64,000 nt of DNA from Phycisphaerales bacterium. GTDB lineage: Bacteria > Planctomycetota > Phycisphaerae > Phycisphaerales > UBA1924. Below the pieces are notes generated by a model. It saw only the letters and a list, made by a program, of their open reading frames with translations, was not told the DNA's origin and did no database searches. This document shows, in pieces, positions 10,149-18,821 of the stretch; within the stretch, counting starts at the first letter, position 1, and each line of letters opens with the position of its first letter. The stretch spans positions 1,504,001 through 1,568,000 of the forward strand of contig OZ245777.1 in NCBI GenBank assembly GCA_965227775.1. Reading direction: 5' to 3'. Both the position numbers and the translations under genes were made by a program.

Positions 10149-10718
10149 ATGTACCGACGTTCACACAGCCTGGGGTGGGGCATGCTTCTGTGCACCACTC
10201 TTTTTGCGTGTGTCGGCTGTGCTGCGCTCGGGATTGCGCCCATCGCGTCGGTGGCGAACTTCGGGTATGCCGTGTGGACTGGCTCCAGGCTCGAGTTCGT
10301 CGAAGACGCCGGTTTCGAGCGGGTCACCCTGGCCGCCGAGCGGGCTCTGATCGGGCTGGATCTGAACGTCGAGTTGACCAGCGAGTTGCGAAGCGACGGC
10401 ATCGTGCGCCGGCGTGTGTACCAGATCCGTAGCGAGCGCGGCGACCTGGCCATGCTGACTCTGGTTCGCCTCACGCCGACGATGACCGACCTGACGTTGG
10501 ACGTTGGCATCCTGGGCAATCGGCCGGCGGCCGAACTCATGGCCGACCACATCCGCTGGTATACCGATGGGGACACCATCAGGGCTTCCCGGCGAGCGGC
10601 CATCGAGTCGTTTGCCGAGCTCATCAATCCAGATGGCGCCGCTCCCGGTGCCGGAGATCCGCCAGACTCCGACCAGCCCGTGCTGGATGGGCCCGACTTC
10701 GGCAACGGGCTGTTCTAA
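10149..10718 (+). CDS. putative lipoprotein, DUF3568-like
   Basis: Lipobox-like CVGC after a hydrophobic stretch; FERVTLAAERALIGLDL pattern recalled from DUF3568 proteins. Confidence 0.55.
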   Translation: MYRRSHSLGWGMLLCTTLFACVGCAALGIAPIASVANFGYAVWTGSRLEFVEDAGFERVTLAAERALIGLDLNVELTSELRSDGIVRRRVYQIRSERGDLAMLTLVRLTPTMTDLTLDVGILGNRPAAELMADHIRWYTDGDTIRASRRAAIESFAELINPDGAAPGAGDPPDSDQPVLDGPDFGNGLF

Positions 10719-10982
10719 CGCCCACTTCGCGGCGTCTCGGGGTTGCCATTCTCCATCCACCGGTAGATACTCTGCCGTGCGGCGAGCACCGGCGGCCCTA
10801 GTGCGGGGCTGGTGGGCATCGCAGCACGACAAGAGACCCTCGGCACCCGCCCCCAGGGCGGTCCGGCGCTCCTCAGGGAGACGCAGCGGCGATGGCGGCC
10901 CATCCGTCTGAACCGGCTCGTCCCACGGTCGCGGCGACCGCCGCCGACCTTGGGGACCAAGCCGCGACAGAAAGGAAGCCCC

Positions 10983-12965
10983 ATGTCCTTCGAAGCCGCC
11001 GTCCACGCCCAGGCGATCGACCTCTGCAAGATGTCCCTCGAGATGACCGAGGCCGCCGGCAGCGGGCACCCGACCACGGCGATGAGCCTCTCGCACATCA
11101 CCACGGTGCTGCTCTTCCACACCATGCGGTGGAGCCCCGAATACCCCGACTATCCCACGAGCGATCGCCTCGTGCTCTCGGCCGGCCACGCCGTGCCCGT
11201 GGTGTACGCCGCGGCGTGCAAGCTGGGCATGGTGGTGGGCCGCGACCCTGAGAGCCGCCGCCCGCTGACGCTGGACGACGCCATGTCGCTCCGCCAGCAG
11301 GGAAGCGAGCTCGACGGCCACCCGAACCCGATGGAAGGCTTCCCGTTCTTCGACGCCGCCACTGGCTCGCTGGGCCAGGGCCTGAGCGTCGCCTGCGGTC
11401 TGGCCGAGGCAGACCGGCTCGACGGCCGCGATCGCGTGATCTATTGCATCATCGGCGACGGTGAAAGCCGCGAGGGCCAGGTCGCCGAGGCACTCGACTA
11501 TCTGGCGGAGCGCAAGCTGCGCAAGGTCGTCCCGATCTTCAACTGCAACGGCTACGGCCAGGCCGGCCGCGTCAGCGAGCAGCAGGGGCCCGATCGCCTC
11601 GCGAAGAAGCTCGAGGCGTTCGGCCTCGAAGCCATCACGATCGATGGGCACGAGCCCGGCGACATCCGCAACGCCTTCGAGCGGGCGCATGGCGTGGCCG
11701 ACGACAACGACCTGAACTCTGATACCAAGCCCGTGGCGATCATCGCCAAGACGATCAAGGGCTGGGGCGCCCCGTCGATGCAGGGCAACGGCTGGCACGG
11801 CAAGCCCGCCAAGAGCCAGGCGCTCGAGCGCGCTAAAGCCGAGCTCGACGAGCGGCGCGGCGAGCTGACCAGTGCGTTGAGCAGCGCCGACAGCTTCGCC
11901 ATCCAGCCTCCGCCGGAGCCCGCCGCCGCCCCGCAGGGCGAGGGTGAGGTGCCCTCGATGGATCAGGCCATGAAGCAGCTTGACATGGAGAGCCTGCGTC
12001 AGACCGCCAGCCTCGCCACGCGTCGTGCATACGGCCTTGCGCTCCGCGCGATGGGCAAGCCCATGCCGGAGGTCGTCGTGCTCGATGCCGACGTCAGTAA
12101 CTCGACGTTTGCCGAGACGTTCGCGAAGGACTCGGCCTTGTCCTCCCGGTTCTTCGAGTGCAAGATCGCCGAGCAGCACATGATCTCGATGGCGGTCGGC
12201 CTGAGCGCCGCGGGCAAGATCCCCTTCGCGAGCAGCTTCGCGAAGTTCCTGACCCGCGCGTACGACCAGATCGAGATGGCCATCAACAGCGGCGCCGGCC
12301 TCAAGATCGTCGGCAGCCATAGCGGCGTCACGCTCGCAGCCGACGGCCCCAGCCAGATGGGCCTTCCCGACGTGAGCTGGTTCCGCAGCTTCACCACCAT
12401 GAAGGACCACCGCGGCAACCCAGGCTGCTACGTGTTGCAGCCCAGCGACGCGTACAGCGCCTACGCGCTGACGCAGGTCATGGCCGAGTACGAGGGCACG
12501 TGCTACATGCGCACGCACCGCCCCGACGTCGAGTTCCTGTACAGCGCCGACGACGTGTTCAATCTCGGCGGGTTCGAGGTCCTCAATGAGGGCCGCGACA
12601 TCGTCATCTGTGCCTCGGGCTACATGGTTCACGAGGCCAACAAGGCCGTCGAGCTGCTCGACAAGGCCGCCATCCAGGCGACGCTCGTCGACATGTACAG
12701 CCTTCCCTTCGACGAGGACAAGCTGCTGGACATCATCGGGGCCAACGGCGGGTTCGTGATTTCGATGGAGGATAACTACGGCGGCGCCCTCGGGAGCGCC
12801 ATCGCAGAGGCCATCTCCCACAGCGGCGACGGTTTCACCCTCAAGCAGATGCACGTCACCCACATCCCGAGCAGTGCGCGCACCGCAGACGAGTTGCTCA
12901 GGCAATGCAACCTAACGGCTGATGATCTTGTGTCGGCCGTCAAGGAAGTGCTGCAGGTCGTCTAG
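10983..12965 (+). CDS. tkt: transketolase (single chain)
   Basis: GSGHPT, DRLVLSAGHA, ATGSLGQG, GDGESREG (TPP motif), IAEQHM, DGPSQM. Confidence 0.95.
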   Translation: MSFEAAVHAQAIDLCKMSLEMTEAAGSGHPTTAMSLSHITTVLLFHTMRWSPEYPDYPTSDRLVLSAGHAVPVVYAAACKLGMVVGRDPESRRPLTLDDAMSLRQQGSELDGHPNPMEGFPFFDAATGSLGQGLSVACGLAEADRLDGRDRVIYCIIGDGESREGQVAEALDYLAERKLRKVVPIFNCNGYGQAGRVSEQQGPDRLAKKLEAFGLEAITIDGHEPGDIRNAFERAHGVADDNDLNSDTKPVAIIAKTIKGWGAPSMQGNGWHGKPAKSQALERAKAELDERRGELTSALSSADSFAIQPPPEPAAAPQGEGEVPSMDQAMKQLDMESLRQTASLATRRAYGLALRAMGKPMPEVVVLDADVSNSTFAETFAKDSALSSRFFECKIAEQHMISMAVGLSAAGKIPFASSFAKFLTRAYDQIEMAINSGAGLKIVGSHSGVTLAADGPSQMGLPDVSWFRSFTTMKDHRGNPGCYVLQPSDAYSAYALTQVMAEYEGTCYMRTHRPDVEFLYSADDVFNLGGFEVLNEGRDIVICASGYMVHEANKAVELLDKAAIQATLVDMYSLPFDEDKLLDIIGANGGFVISMEDNYGGALGSAIAEAISHSGDGFTLKQMHVTHIPSSARTADELLRQCNLTADDLVSAVKEVLQVV

Positions 12966-13002
12966 CGGCAGCACCAGCGCGATTCGAGATTCGGGGGTCA
13001 GC

Positions 13003-13821
13003 ATGTACGAAGACCCGTATCCGCCCGCGAGCGACTTCACCGTCGGCGAAGCCATCGGTGAGGGCCACAAGCTGCTGATGGCCAACTACGGGCTCATGCT
13101 CGGGGCGGCGATTGTCGTCGTGCTGCTCACCGCCGCTGCGGCGATGATCGCCGGCATCATCGACACGATCCTTGTTGGGCCTGACGCCCTATTCAATCCC
13201 GTTTCCACTGCTGCGCAGTTCCTTGTTCAGACGCCACTCAGCGTCGGTTTGGGCATGCTCGCCGTGCGACGGTATCGCGATGGCGAGGGCGCGTTCGAGG
13301 ACATCTTCATGGGCTTCAAGCGCTACTGGCCCATCGTCGCCATCGGCTTCCTGCTGACAATGGGCATGTGGGTGTTCATGATCGCGGGCATTGCCGGCGG
13401 TGCGCTCGTCGTCGGTGTGCTCGCGGCAGTGTCGACGCCCGCCGCCATCGCCGTCGGCGTCGTACTCGGCATCGGCTTACTCGTGCTGCTGGTCTATCTC
13501 GCAGTTCGACTGTGGTTCTCGTACCTCGTGTGCATCGATCCGCGCGGTGCGAGTCCCGGACCGATCGACTCAATCAAGATCAGCTGGTACCTCACGTCGG
13601 GCCGATCGTTCAAGGTGTTCCTCGTCGGCCTGATCATGGGCCTGATCGGATTCGTCTGCGTGCTGCTGCTCTTTCTGCCGTTCATCTTCTACGCCCTGCC
13701 GTTGTACGCCTGCGCGTTCGGTGCGCTGTATGTACTGCTGAACCCGATGCCGCCGCAGGAAGGTGACCTGGCCAGCGAGGGTGAGATCGAGCCGATGGGC
13801 CCGCCGCCGCTGGGCGCGTGA
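13003..13821 (+). CDS. integral membrane protein (DUF975-like)
   Basis: About six TM segments; FEDIFMGFK and PIDSIKISWYLTSG patterns. Confidence 0.7.
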   Translation: MYEDPYPPASDFTVGEAIGEGHKLLMANYGLMLGAAIVVVLLTAAAAMIAGIIDTILVGPDALFNPVSTAAQFLVQTPLSVGLGMLAVRRYRDGEGAFEDIFMGFKRYWPIVAIGFLLTMGMWVFMIAGIAGGALVVGVLAAVSTPAAIAVGVVLGIGLLVLLVYLAVRLWFSYLVCIDPRGASPGPIDSIKISWYLTSGRSFKVFLVGLIMGLIGFVCVLLLFLPFIFYALPLYACAFGALYVLLNPMPPQEGDLASEGEIEPMGPPPLGA

Positions 13822-13896
13822 GCCGCAGGTGCAGCCCTATCGCTGGTTACACCAATTGGTGCCTGAGAAGGCGAGCGATGTGGTATATTGGCTGGC

Positions 13897-15261
13897 ATGG
13901 ACTGGATCTTCGTCGTCCTTGCGTGGTCATTGCTCGCTGTAGGGCTCTCGCTGTTGGTGTGGTCGATGATGTGGGATCGCTCGCGCGGCCGGCGGCGGTG
14001 CCCGAAGTGCTGGTACGGCATGGAAGGCGTGCCCGCGTCCGAGGGTGGCGGGTGGACGTGCCCCGAGTGCGGCCAAACGGTTGCGAAGGAGCGACAGCTG
14101 CTGCGCACTCGGCGGCGGTGGGGGATTGCTGCGCTCGCATTGCTGGTATTCGCTGCGTCGTACGCGAGCCGCTCTGGTCCGGCGGTCCGCGACCGTGGGT
14201 GGTGGGCCGCAGCGCCCGATCTGTTGCTGATCGCACTCTTGCCTAGGACCGATGCCTTCAATCGACCCGGATCGAGCGGTGGAGTAGTCAACACTCTCCG
14301 CGATGAGATCGGGTTTCGCAGCCGTGCGACGCTACAAGGTCCCAGAGGAACGCACACCAATCCGACATGGGTCGACGGCAGGCTTTGGCCTTGGGAGCGT
14401 TGGTTTTTGCATCACCAAGCGACGAAGATGTTGGCGAATGCCGAGAATGAATCCGAAATCGAGCAAGCAGTCTGGTTCGGCGTCCTCTCGAGCGATCGGC
14501 TGGATGCGGGGCTCCCAAGTGAGCACCTTGTAGCTGTGATCGTTGCTCGTTCGCTGCTGGCGTACGAGCGATGCGAGCAGTACATGGACTATGGGATCCA
14601 TGTCAACCTGCCGGGTGTCGGCCCGCACCCCTACGAGCTCTTCGTAACGGGGATGAAGGAGCCGGGGCTGTTTCGCTATGAACAACGCGATAGGCACCCC
14701 TTGGCGCACTCAGACTGGATGCGAACAGTGGCCTGGCGCAGCCACGATGGTGTGGTCCAGAGATGGTGGACCGTGACTGAGGATCGGGGCATCGAGCGTC
14801 GCGGGCAGATCGGTCGTGCGCTGGCAAGCGTTCACCACGATGTCATCGGCGCCCTCTTCCCAGCCGAACAGAGCAGCTCGCCACTCACTCTGTCAGAAGT
14901 CTCAGAATACGTTGGTGAGGCCACATTGCTCGGCCACAGGACACTTCAGCTGCGCGGCCAGAATCTTTACGGCGGTACAGACACTTTATGGATTGATGCG
15001 GAAACATTCCTCGTGCGTCGAGCCAAGAACTTCTTTGGAGACACCTGGTTTGTGCCACATTTCGATGACTCGGCTGCCGCGGTGCTTGGTGAATCGTGGT
15101 GGTCTTTCTATCCCGCACAACAAGATGACACGCCGCTCGAACGCTTCGACAACGAGTTGAGAGAGCTGCTGGGTCGGATCGACATGCCGACCGAGGAAGA
15201 ACAACTCGAAGCGCGGGAGATCATGATGAAACTACACTGGCAACGCCGCGGCACGCCGTAG
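13897..15261 (+). CDS. membrane-anchored protein with N-terminal TM-zinc ribbon-TM module
   Basis: TM, then RRRCPKCWY...WTCPECG, then TM; C-terminal region with LWIDAETFLVRR resembling LolA-like folds. Confidence 0.7.
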   Translation: MDWIFVVLAWSLLAVGLSLLVWSMMWDRSRGRRRCPKCWYGMEGVPASEGGGWTCPECGQTVAKERQLLRTRRRWGIAALALLVFAASYASRSGPAVRDRGWWAAAPDLLLIALLPRTDAFNRPGSSGGVVNTLRDEIGFRSRATLQGPRGTHTNPTWVDGRLWPWERWFLHHQATKMLANAENESEIEQAVWFGVLSSDRLDAGLPSEHLVAVIVARSLLAYERCEQYMDYGIHVNLPGVGPHPYELFVTGMKEPGLFRYEQRDRHPLAHSDWMRTVAWRSHDGVVQRWWTVTEDRGIERRGQIGRALASVHHDVIGALFPAEQSSSPLTLSEVSEYVGEATLLGHRTLQLRGQNLYGGTDTLWIDAETFLVRRAKNFFGDTWFVPHFDDSAAAVLGESWWSFYPAQQDDTPLERFDNELRELLGRIDMPTEEEQLEAREIMMKLHWQRRGTP

Positions 15262-15285
15262 GCCCCGCCGTCTACACTGGCCCCC

Positions 15286-15981
15286 ATGGCGGACCCCCGG
15301 CCCAGCGCCCCATCCTGGCTGCCCGCGCTCAAGGGCACCTTCCTCGTCTTCGAGGGCCCCGACGGCTCGGGCAAGAGCACGCAGCTGCGCATGCTCGAGG
15401 CGATGCTCAAGGACGCGGCCATCCCTGTCGTCACCGTGCGCGAGCCCGGCGGTACGGCGGCCGGAGAGGCCATCCGCGATGTGCTGCTCGACCACCGCCA
15501 GGCCGCGATGGACGTGCGGTGCGAGATGCTGCTGTACATGGCCAGCCGGGCCCAGCTGGTTGCCGAGCGCATCGCGCCGGCGCTGGCCAAGGGCAAGGTC
15601 GTGCTGGCCGACCGCTTCGTCGCCAGCACGCTGGCCTACCAGGGGGCCGCGGGCGGGCTGAGCATCGACGACATCCTGGCCGTCGCTCGCGTCGTCACGC
15701 ACGGGGCCGAGCCGCACGCCGAGCCCGACCTAAACCTGGTCTTCGACGTCGATGAGGCGACCGCCGCCGCCCGCCTGGGGCTGCTGCTGGATCGGATGGA
15801 GGCCAAGGGCGCCGCCTTCCACGCCCGCGTGCGGGCGGGCTACCTGGCCCAGGTCGAGGGCGCCATGGCCGCCCACGGCGGGGCTGGCAAGGACCGATAC
15901 GCACGGATCGACGCGACCCAGGCGCCCGAGGCGGTTTTTGCAGATCTGCTCTCGGTTCTGGCCGAGCGGTTCGCCGACTAG
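15286..15981 (+). CDS. tmk: thymidylate (dTMP) kinase
   Basis: FLVFEGPDGSGKSTQ P-loop, REPGGT, LADRFVASTLAYQG. Confidence 0.95.
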   Translation: MADPRPSAPSWLPALKGTFLVFEGPDGSGKSTQLRMLEAMLKDAAIPVVTVREPGGTAAGEAIRDVLLDHRQAAMDVRCEMLLYMASRAQLVAERIAPALAKGKVVLADRFVASTLAYQGAAGGLSIDDILAVARVVTHGAEPHAEPDLNLVFDVDEATAAARLGLLLDRMEAKGAAFHARVRAGYLAQVEGAMAAHGGAGKDRYARIDATQAPEAVFADLLSVLAERFAD

Positions 15982-16050
15982 CGGCATCCTGCTCGCAATC
16001 CGTTCGCTGCGAGCTTCCACCCATTCGATGCCAAGCTGGGCAAAATTCCC

Positions 16051-16079
16051 TTGCAGGGGATTCCTGGCCGTGGTAGACT
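16051..16079 (+). promoter_or_regulatory. putative sigma70 promoter of the LuxR-type gene
   Basis: TTGCAG-N17-TAGACT; the -35 lies inside the imperfect palindrome TCCCTTGCAGGGGA. Confidence 0.5.
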
Positions 16080-16118
16080 CTGCATACCCGGGTCCACGAC
16101 CGGCGCTGGAGGCCTCCC

Positions 16119-17162
16119 ATGGCCGACCGTCCGTCCGATACCCCCACACCGACCCCAGGTTCGAGTGGGTCCCCGGGCTCGAGGGGACCCGCAGGGGCAG
16201 GTGGGACCGAAAGGGCACGCACGGGACCGAACGGCCCCGGGGGGTTGCCCCACGCACCTCCAACCCACCAGCCGGCCCACCAACCAGCCCACAAGCCGGC
16301 CCGCCAGGCCGCCAGGCCCATCCATCGCGGCGATGATCCGTCCCATGCCCACGCGGCCCAGGCTGCTCTCGGCAGCCCGCTGGCCGAGGGCCCCGGAGAT
16401 TTGGGTCCGGCGGCCGTCACGACGCTCATCAGCATGCTCCGCGACGAGCCGGCGCTCGGCTTGGCGCTGGTCGACGCCGAGGGCATGACGATCGCCAGCA
16501 ACCGCCGCTTCACCACGCTCACCGTGCCCAAGGGCGCGGCCGAGGGCGCCACCGCGAGCCAGCACTCGGCCGGAGAGGGGCCGCACCACACGCACCACCG
16601 CGCGACGTCGACCGGCCGCCGCGGCGTGTGGGCCCGCGTCGGTCCCGATGCCGTGCGCAGCGCGCGCACCAGCGGCAACCCCACCGTGCTGCACTTCATC
16701 CACGAGGGCGCGCAGGTCCAGTGCGACGTGTGGCCGCTGGCGCGCCAGGACCCGAGCGTCGCCGAGGGCCCAACGTACCTGGTCGTCGCGGTCGAGGGCC
16801 GCTTCGATCCCGGCGCCGACTCGCAGTGCGAGCCCAAGCCGAGCGCGCACGCCCATCACACCCACCCCGAGCGCCGGCACGAGCACGGCCACGACGACCG
16901 CTTCACGACCCTCGCCCCCATGCTCGCCGAGCTGGGCGAGCTCGAGGCCCTGACCGCGCGCGAGCTGGAGGTGCTCGCCCTCATCGGCCACGGCATGGCA
17001 ACGCGCGAGATCGCCGAGTCCCTGGGCCGCTCGCCGCGCACGATCGAGCGGCACTGCGACGCGATCCACAAGAAGCTGGGCACGAGCAACCGGGTGCAGA
17101 TGGCCAGGTACGCGATGCGGGCCGGGCTGACGCCCGAGGCGGGCAAGCTGAAGAGGGTCTGA
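16119..17162 (+). CDS. LuxR C-terminal HTH regulator with PAS-like, His/Pro-rich N-terminus
   Basis: LTARELEVLALIGHGMATREIAESLGRSPRTIERHCDAIHKKLG; GGAGG RBS. Confidence 0.88.
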   Translation: MADRPSDTPTPTPGSSGSPGSRGPAGAGGTERARTGPNGPGGLPHAPPTHQPAHQPAHKPARQAARPIHRGDDPSHAHAAQAALGSPLAEGPGDLGPAAVTTLISMLRDEPALGLALVDAEGMTIASNRRFTTLTVPKGAAEGATASQHSAGEGPHHTHHRATSTGRRGVWARVGPDAVRSARTSGNPTVLHFIHEGAQVQCDVWPLARQDPSVAEGPTYLVVAVEGRFDPGADSQCEPKPSAHAHHTHPERRHEHGHDDRFTTLAPMLAELGELEALTARELEVLALIGHGMATREIAESLGRSPRTIERHCDAIHKKLGTSNRVQMARYAMRAGLTPEAGKLKRV

Positions 17163-17370
17163 TCGTTCGCCTCGCCGGCGGGGCCAAGCGCGGGCTTCGC
17201 CCGACGCGGGGCGCGCCGTGCTTGTCCACACGCACCGTGCTTCGCGCCGCAGCATCCGCCGAGCGAGTCTTCGAGCGAAAGCGCATGCGCAGGCGAGGCG
17301 GCCCCCGGCCGCCCGGGCGCAGCCCGAGAAGCGAGTCCGCGAGCGCCAAAGAACATCTCTATTGAGCGAG

Positions 17371-17410
17371 CCCCGGCGCAGCGTCCCGTCTTCGGGGCGC
17401 TCCGCCGGGG
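17371..17410. terminator. GC-rich hairpin between convergent genes
   Basis: CCCCGGCGCAGCGTCCCG-TCTT-CGGGGCGCTCCGCCGGGG, 18-bp stem with two imperfect pairs. Confidence 0.55.
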
Positions 17411-17463
17411 CGTCGAACGTCGGCGCACCGCCGACTCCGATCACTCCCAACTCCAGCTTCAGC

Positions 17464-18138
17464 TCACGCCGCGTCGCTCTCGGGCGCGGTCACGAGCTGG
17501 CCCTGCCCGTTGCCCACGAACACGAAGTGGGCGGTGCTCTGCGCGCCGGCGGTCTGCTGGCCGCCCTTGAGGGCGCTGACGCGGTACGTCGCCGTCGCGG
17601 TCCCGGTCGGGATGTTGGTGTCGACGAAGCGTCGCTCGCTCACGGTGGCGATGCGGGCGAAGCCCGTCGGCTGGCCGGTGCCGCTCCACGTCTGGCGATC
17701 GACGAGGTAGGTCGTGCCGGGGATGGTCAGGCCGTCCCAGCGCACTTCGAGGGCCCCGTTCTCGACCAGGTCGAACGTCACGTTGCTGGGGTTGACGGGC
17801 GCCCGCGGCTCGGGCTGCTTGGGCTCGGGGATCTGCGCGGTCGCGAAGACGGCCGGATCGCCGGTCGCCAGGCCGAAGGCCCGGATGATCTTGATCATCT
17901 GGGCACCGAACGTGTCCATGGCGTCGAAGGCGGCGTCCTGGGTGACGGTCGCGCTCTTGGCGGCGTTGCGCGCGGCCTGCGCATCGTCGTACGCGGTGCG
18001 CGTGCCGGTGACGAGGTTCTGCAGCTGCGTTGCCTGCTCGGTCGTCAGGCCGATGGTGGTCGCGTTGGTGACCCACCCGGGGGCGCGCTGCTCGTAGAAC
18101 TCGAGGCGTTGCAACAGCTTCTGCGGTGTGATCGACAT
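17464..18138 (-). CDS. hypothetical protein: N-terminal amphipathic helical region, Pro linker, Fn3-like C-terminal domain
   Basis: ATG at 18138 after AAGGATGGA; strong GC3 bias; helical AYDDAQAARNAAKSATVTQDAAFDAM; linker PEPKQPEPRAPVNPSNV; Fn3-like LEVRW..YLVDR..FVD..YRVSA; no signal peptide. Confidence 0.85.
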   Translation of the reverse strand: MSITPQKLLQRLEFYEQRAPGWVTNATTIGLTTEQATQLQNLVTGTRTAYDDAQAARNAAKSATVTQDAAFDAMDTFGAQMIKIIRAFGLATGDPAVFATAQIPEPKQPEPRAPVNPSNVTFDLVENGALEVRWDGLTIPGTTYLVDRQTWSGTGQPTGFARIATVSERRFVDTNIPTGTATATYRVSALKGGQQTAGAQSTAHFVFVGNGQGQLVTAPESDAA

Positions 18139-18375
18139 GATTCCATCCTTGTGTTGGTTCGTCCGCCGGTGCGCGTCGTGCGCGCCGGCCCATCCGTGTT
18201 GCGGGCGGCGCACCGTGCGCCGCCCGACCGACCATGTCATCGAGCGTCCGGGAACGCGACTTTGGTCCGATTTGCAAGAATCGGGAGAGTGTTCCCGGCC
18301 GTTGTTCGCGCGCGGCTCGGCCGCGCCGGCGCAGCGCATCACATTTCGAAGGAACGCTCACCGACGTGCGCAGGA

Positions 18376-18648
18376 CGTGCGCACAATGCGTCCGAGAACG
18401 GCCGCAAGGTCCGCGTAACCGAAAACGAGAATCGTTCTCGTGCACACACGAGCGGTCCCAGAGTGCACACGAACGCTCCGTTCGTGCACATAATCGTCCC
18501 GATTGCACGCAGGAACCCCCGTCTTACGCACGAAAAGCACCACCGTGTGCACGAGTGCCGCAGCGATGGACACGATGATGCCGCGTACGTGCAGGGCCGG
18601 GATGCTGGTGCGGATGCGATGGAAGCTCTCTGGCACGATTGGCCCCCT
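18376..18648. repeat. degenerate 21-nt-period tandem array (about 13 units)
   Basis: CAC (often in GTGCAC/GCAC) at 18382, 18445, 18466, 18487, 18529, 18550, 18571, 18634, all in one 21-nt register; variants CGC/CAG at 18403, 18508, 18592. Confidence 0.75.
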
Positions 18649-18750
18649 CCATGCGTTGCAAGGCCGGCCGCCAATGCCGCTCAGAGGGCGGACGCGGTCC
18701 GAGAACCACTCTCGTCCTTGGTGATCGCCAGGCCAGGGCAGCGTTCTCCC

Positions 18751-18779
18751 TTGACACTTCGTGGGTATTCCGGTAACTT
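18751..18779 (+). promoter_or_regulatory. sigma70 promoter of the LVIVD-repeat gene
   Basis: TTGACA-N17-TAACTT. Confidence 0.7.
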
Positions 18780-18821
18780 CTCGATCAGACCCTGCGCACC
18801 GCGGGGCTGAGGAGAGCAGGC

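Noticed and set aside
10161..12905. 914-aa minus-strand ORF
   Set aside because: Antisense shadow of transketolase in high-GC DNA; no recognisable motifs
18376..18648. CRISPR array interpretation of the periodic region
   Set aside because: Constant part is only about 3-6 nt, period is 21 nt, and no cas genes are present; kept as a separate non-CRISPR finding
17218..18810. 530-aa plus-strand ORF spanning the Fn3-like gene and the array
   Set aside because: Mostly antisense to the well-formed 17464-18138 gene; only its His-heptad part is noteworthy and that is covered by the array finding
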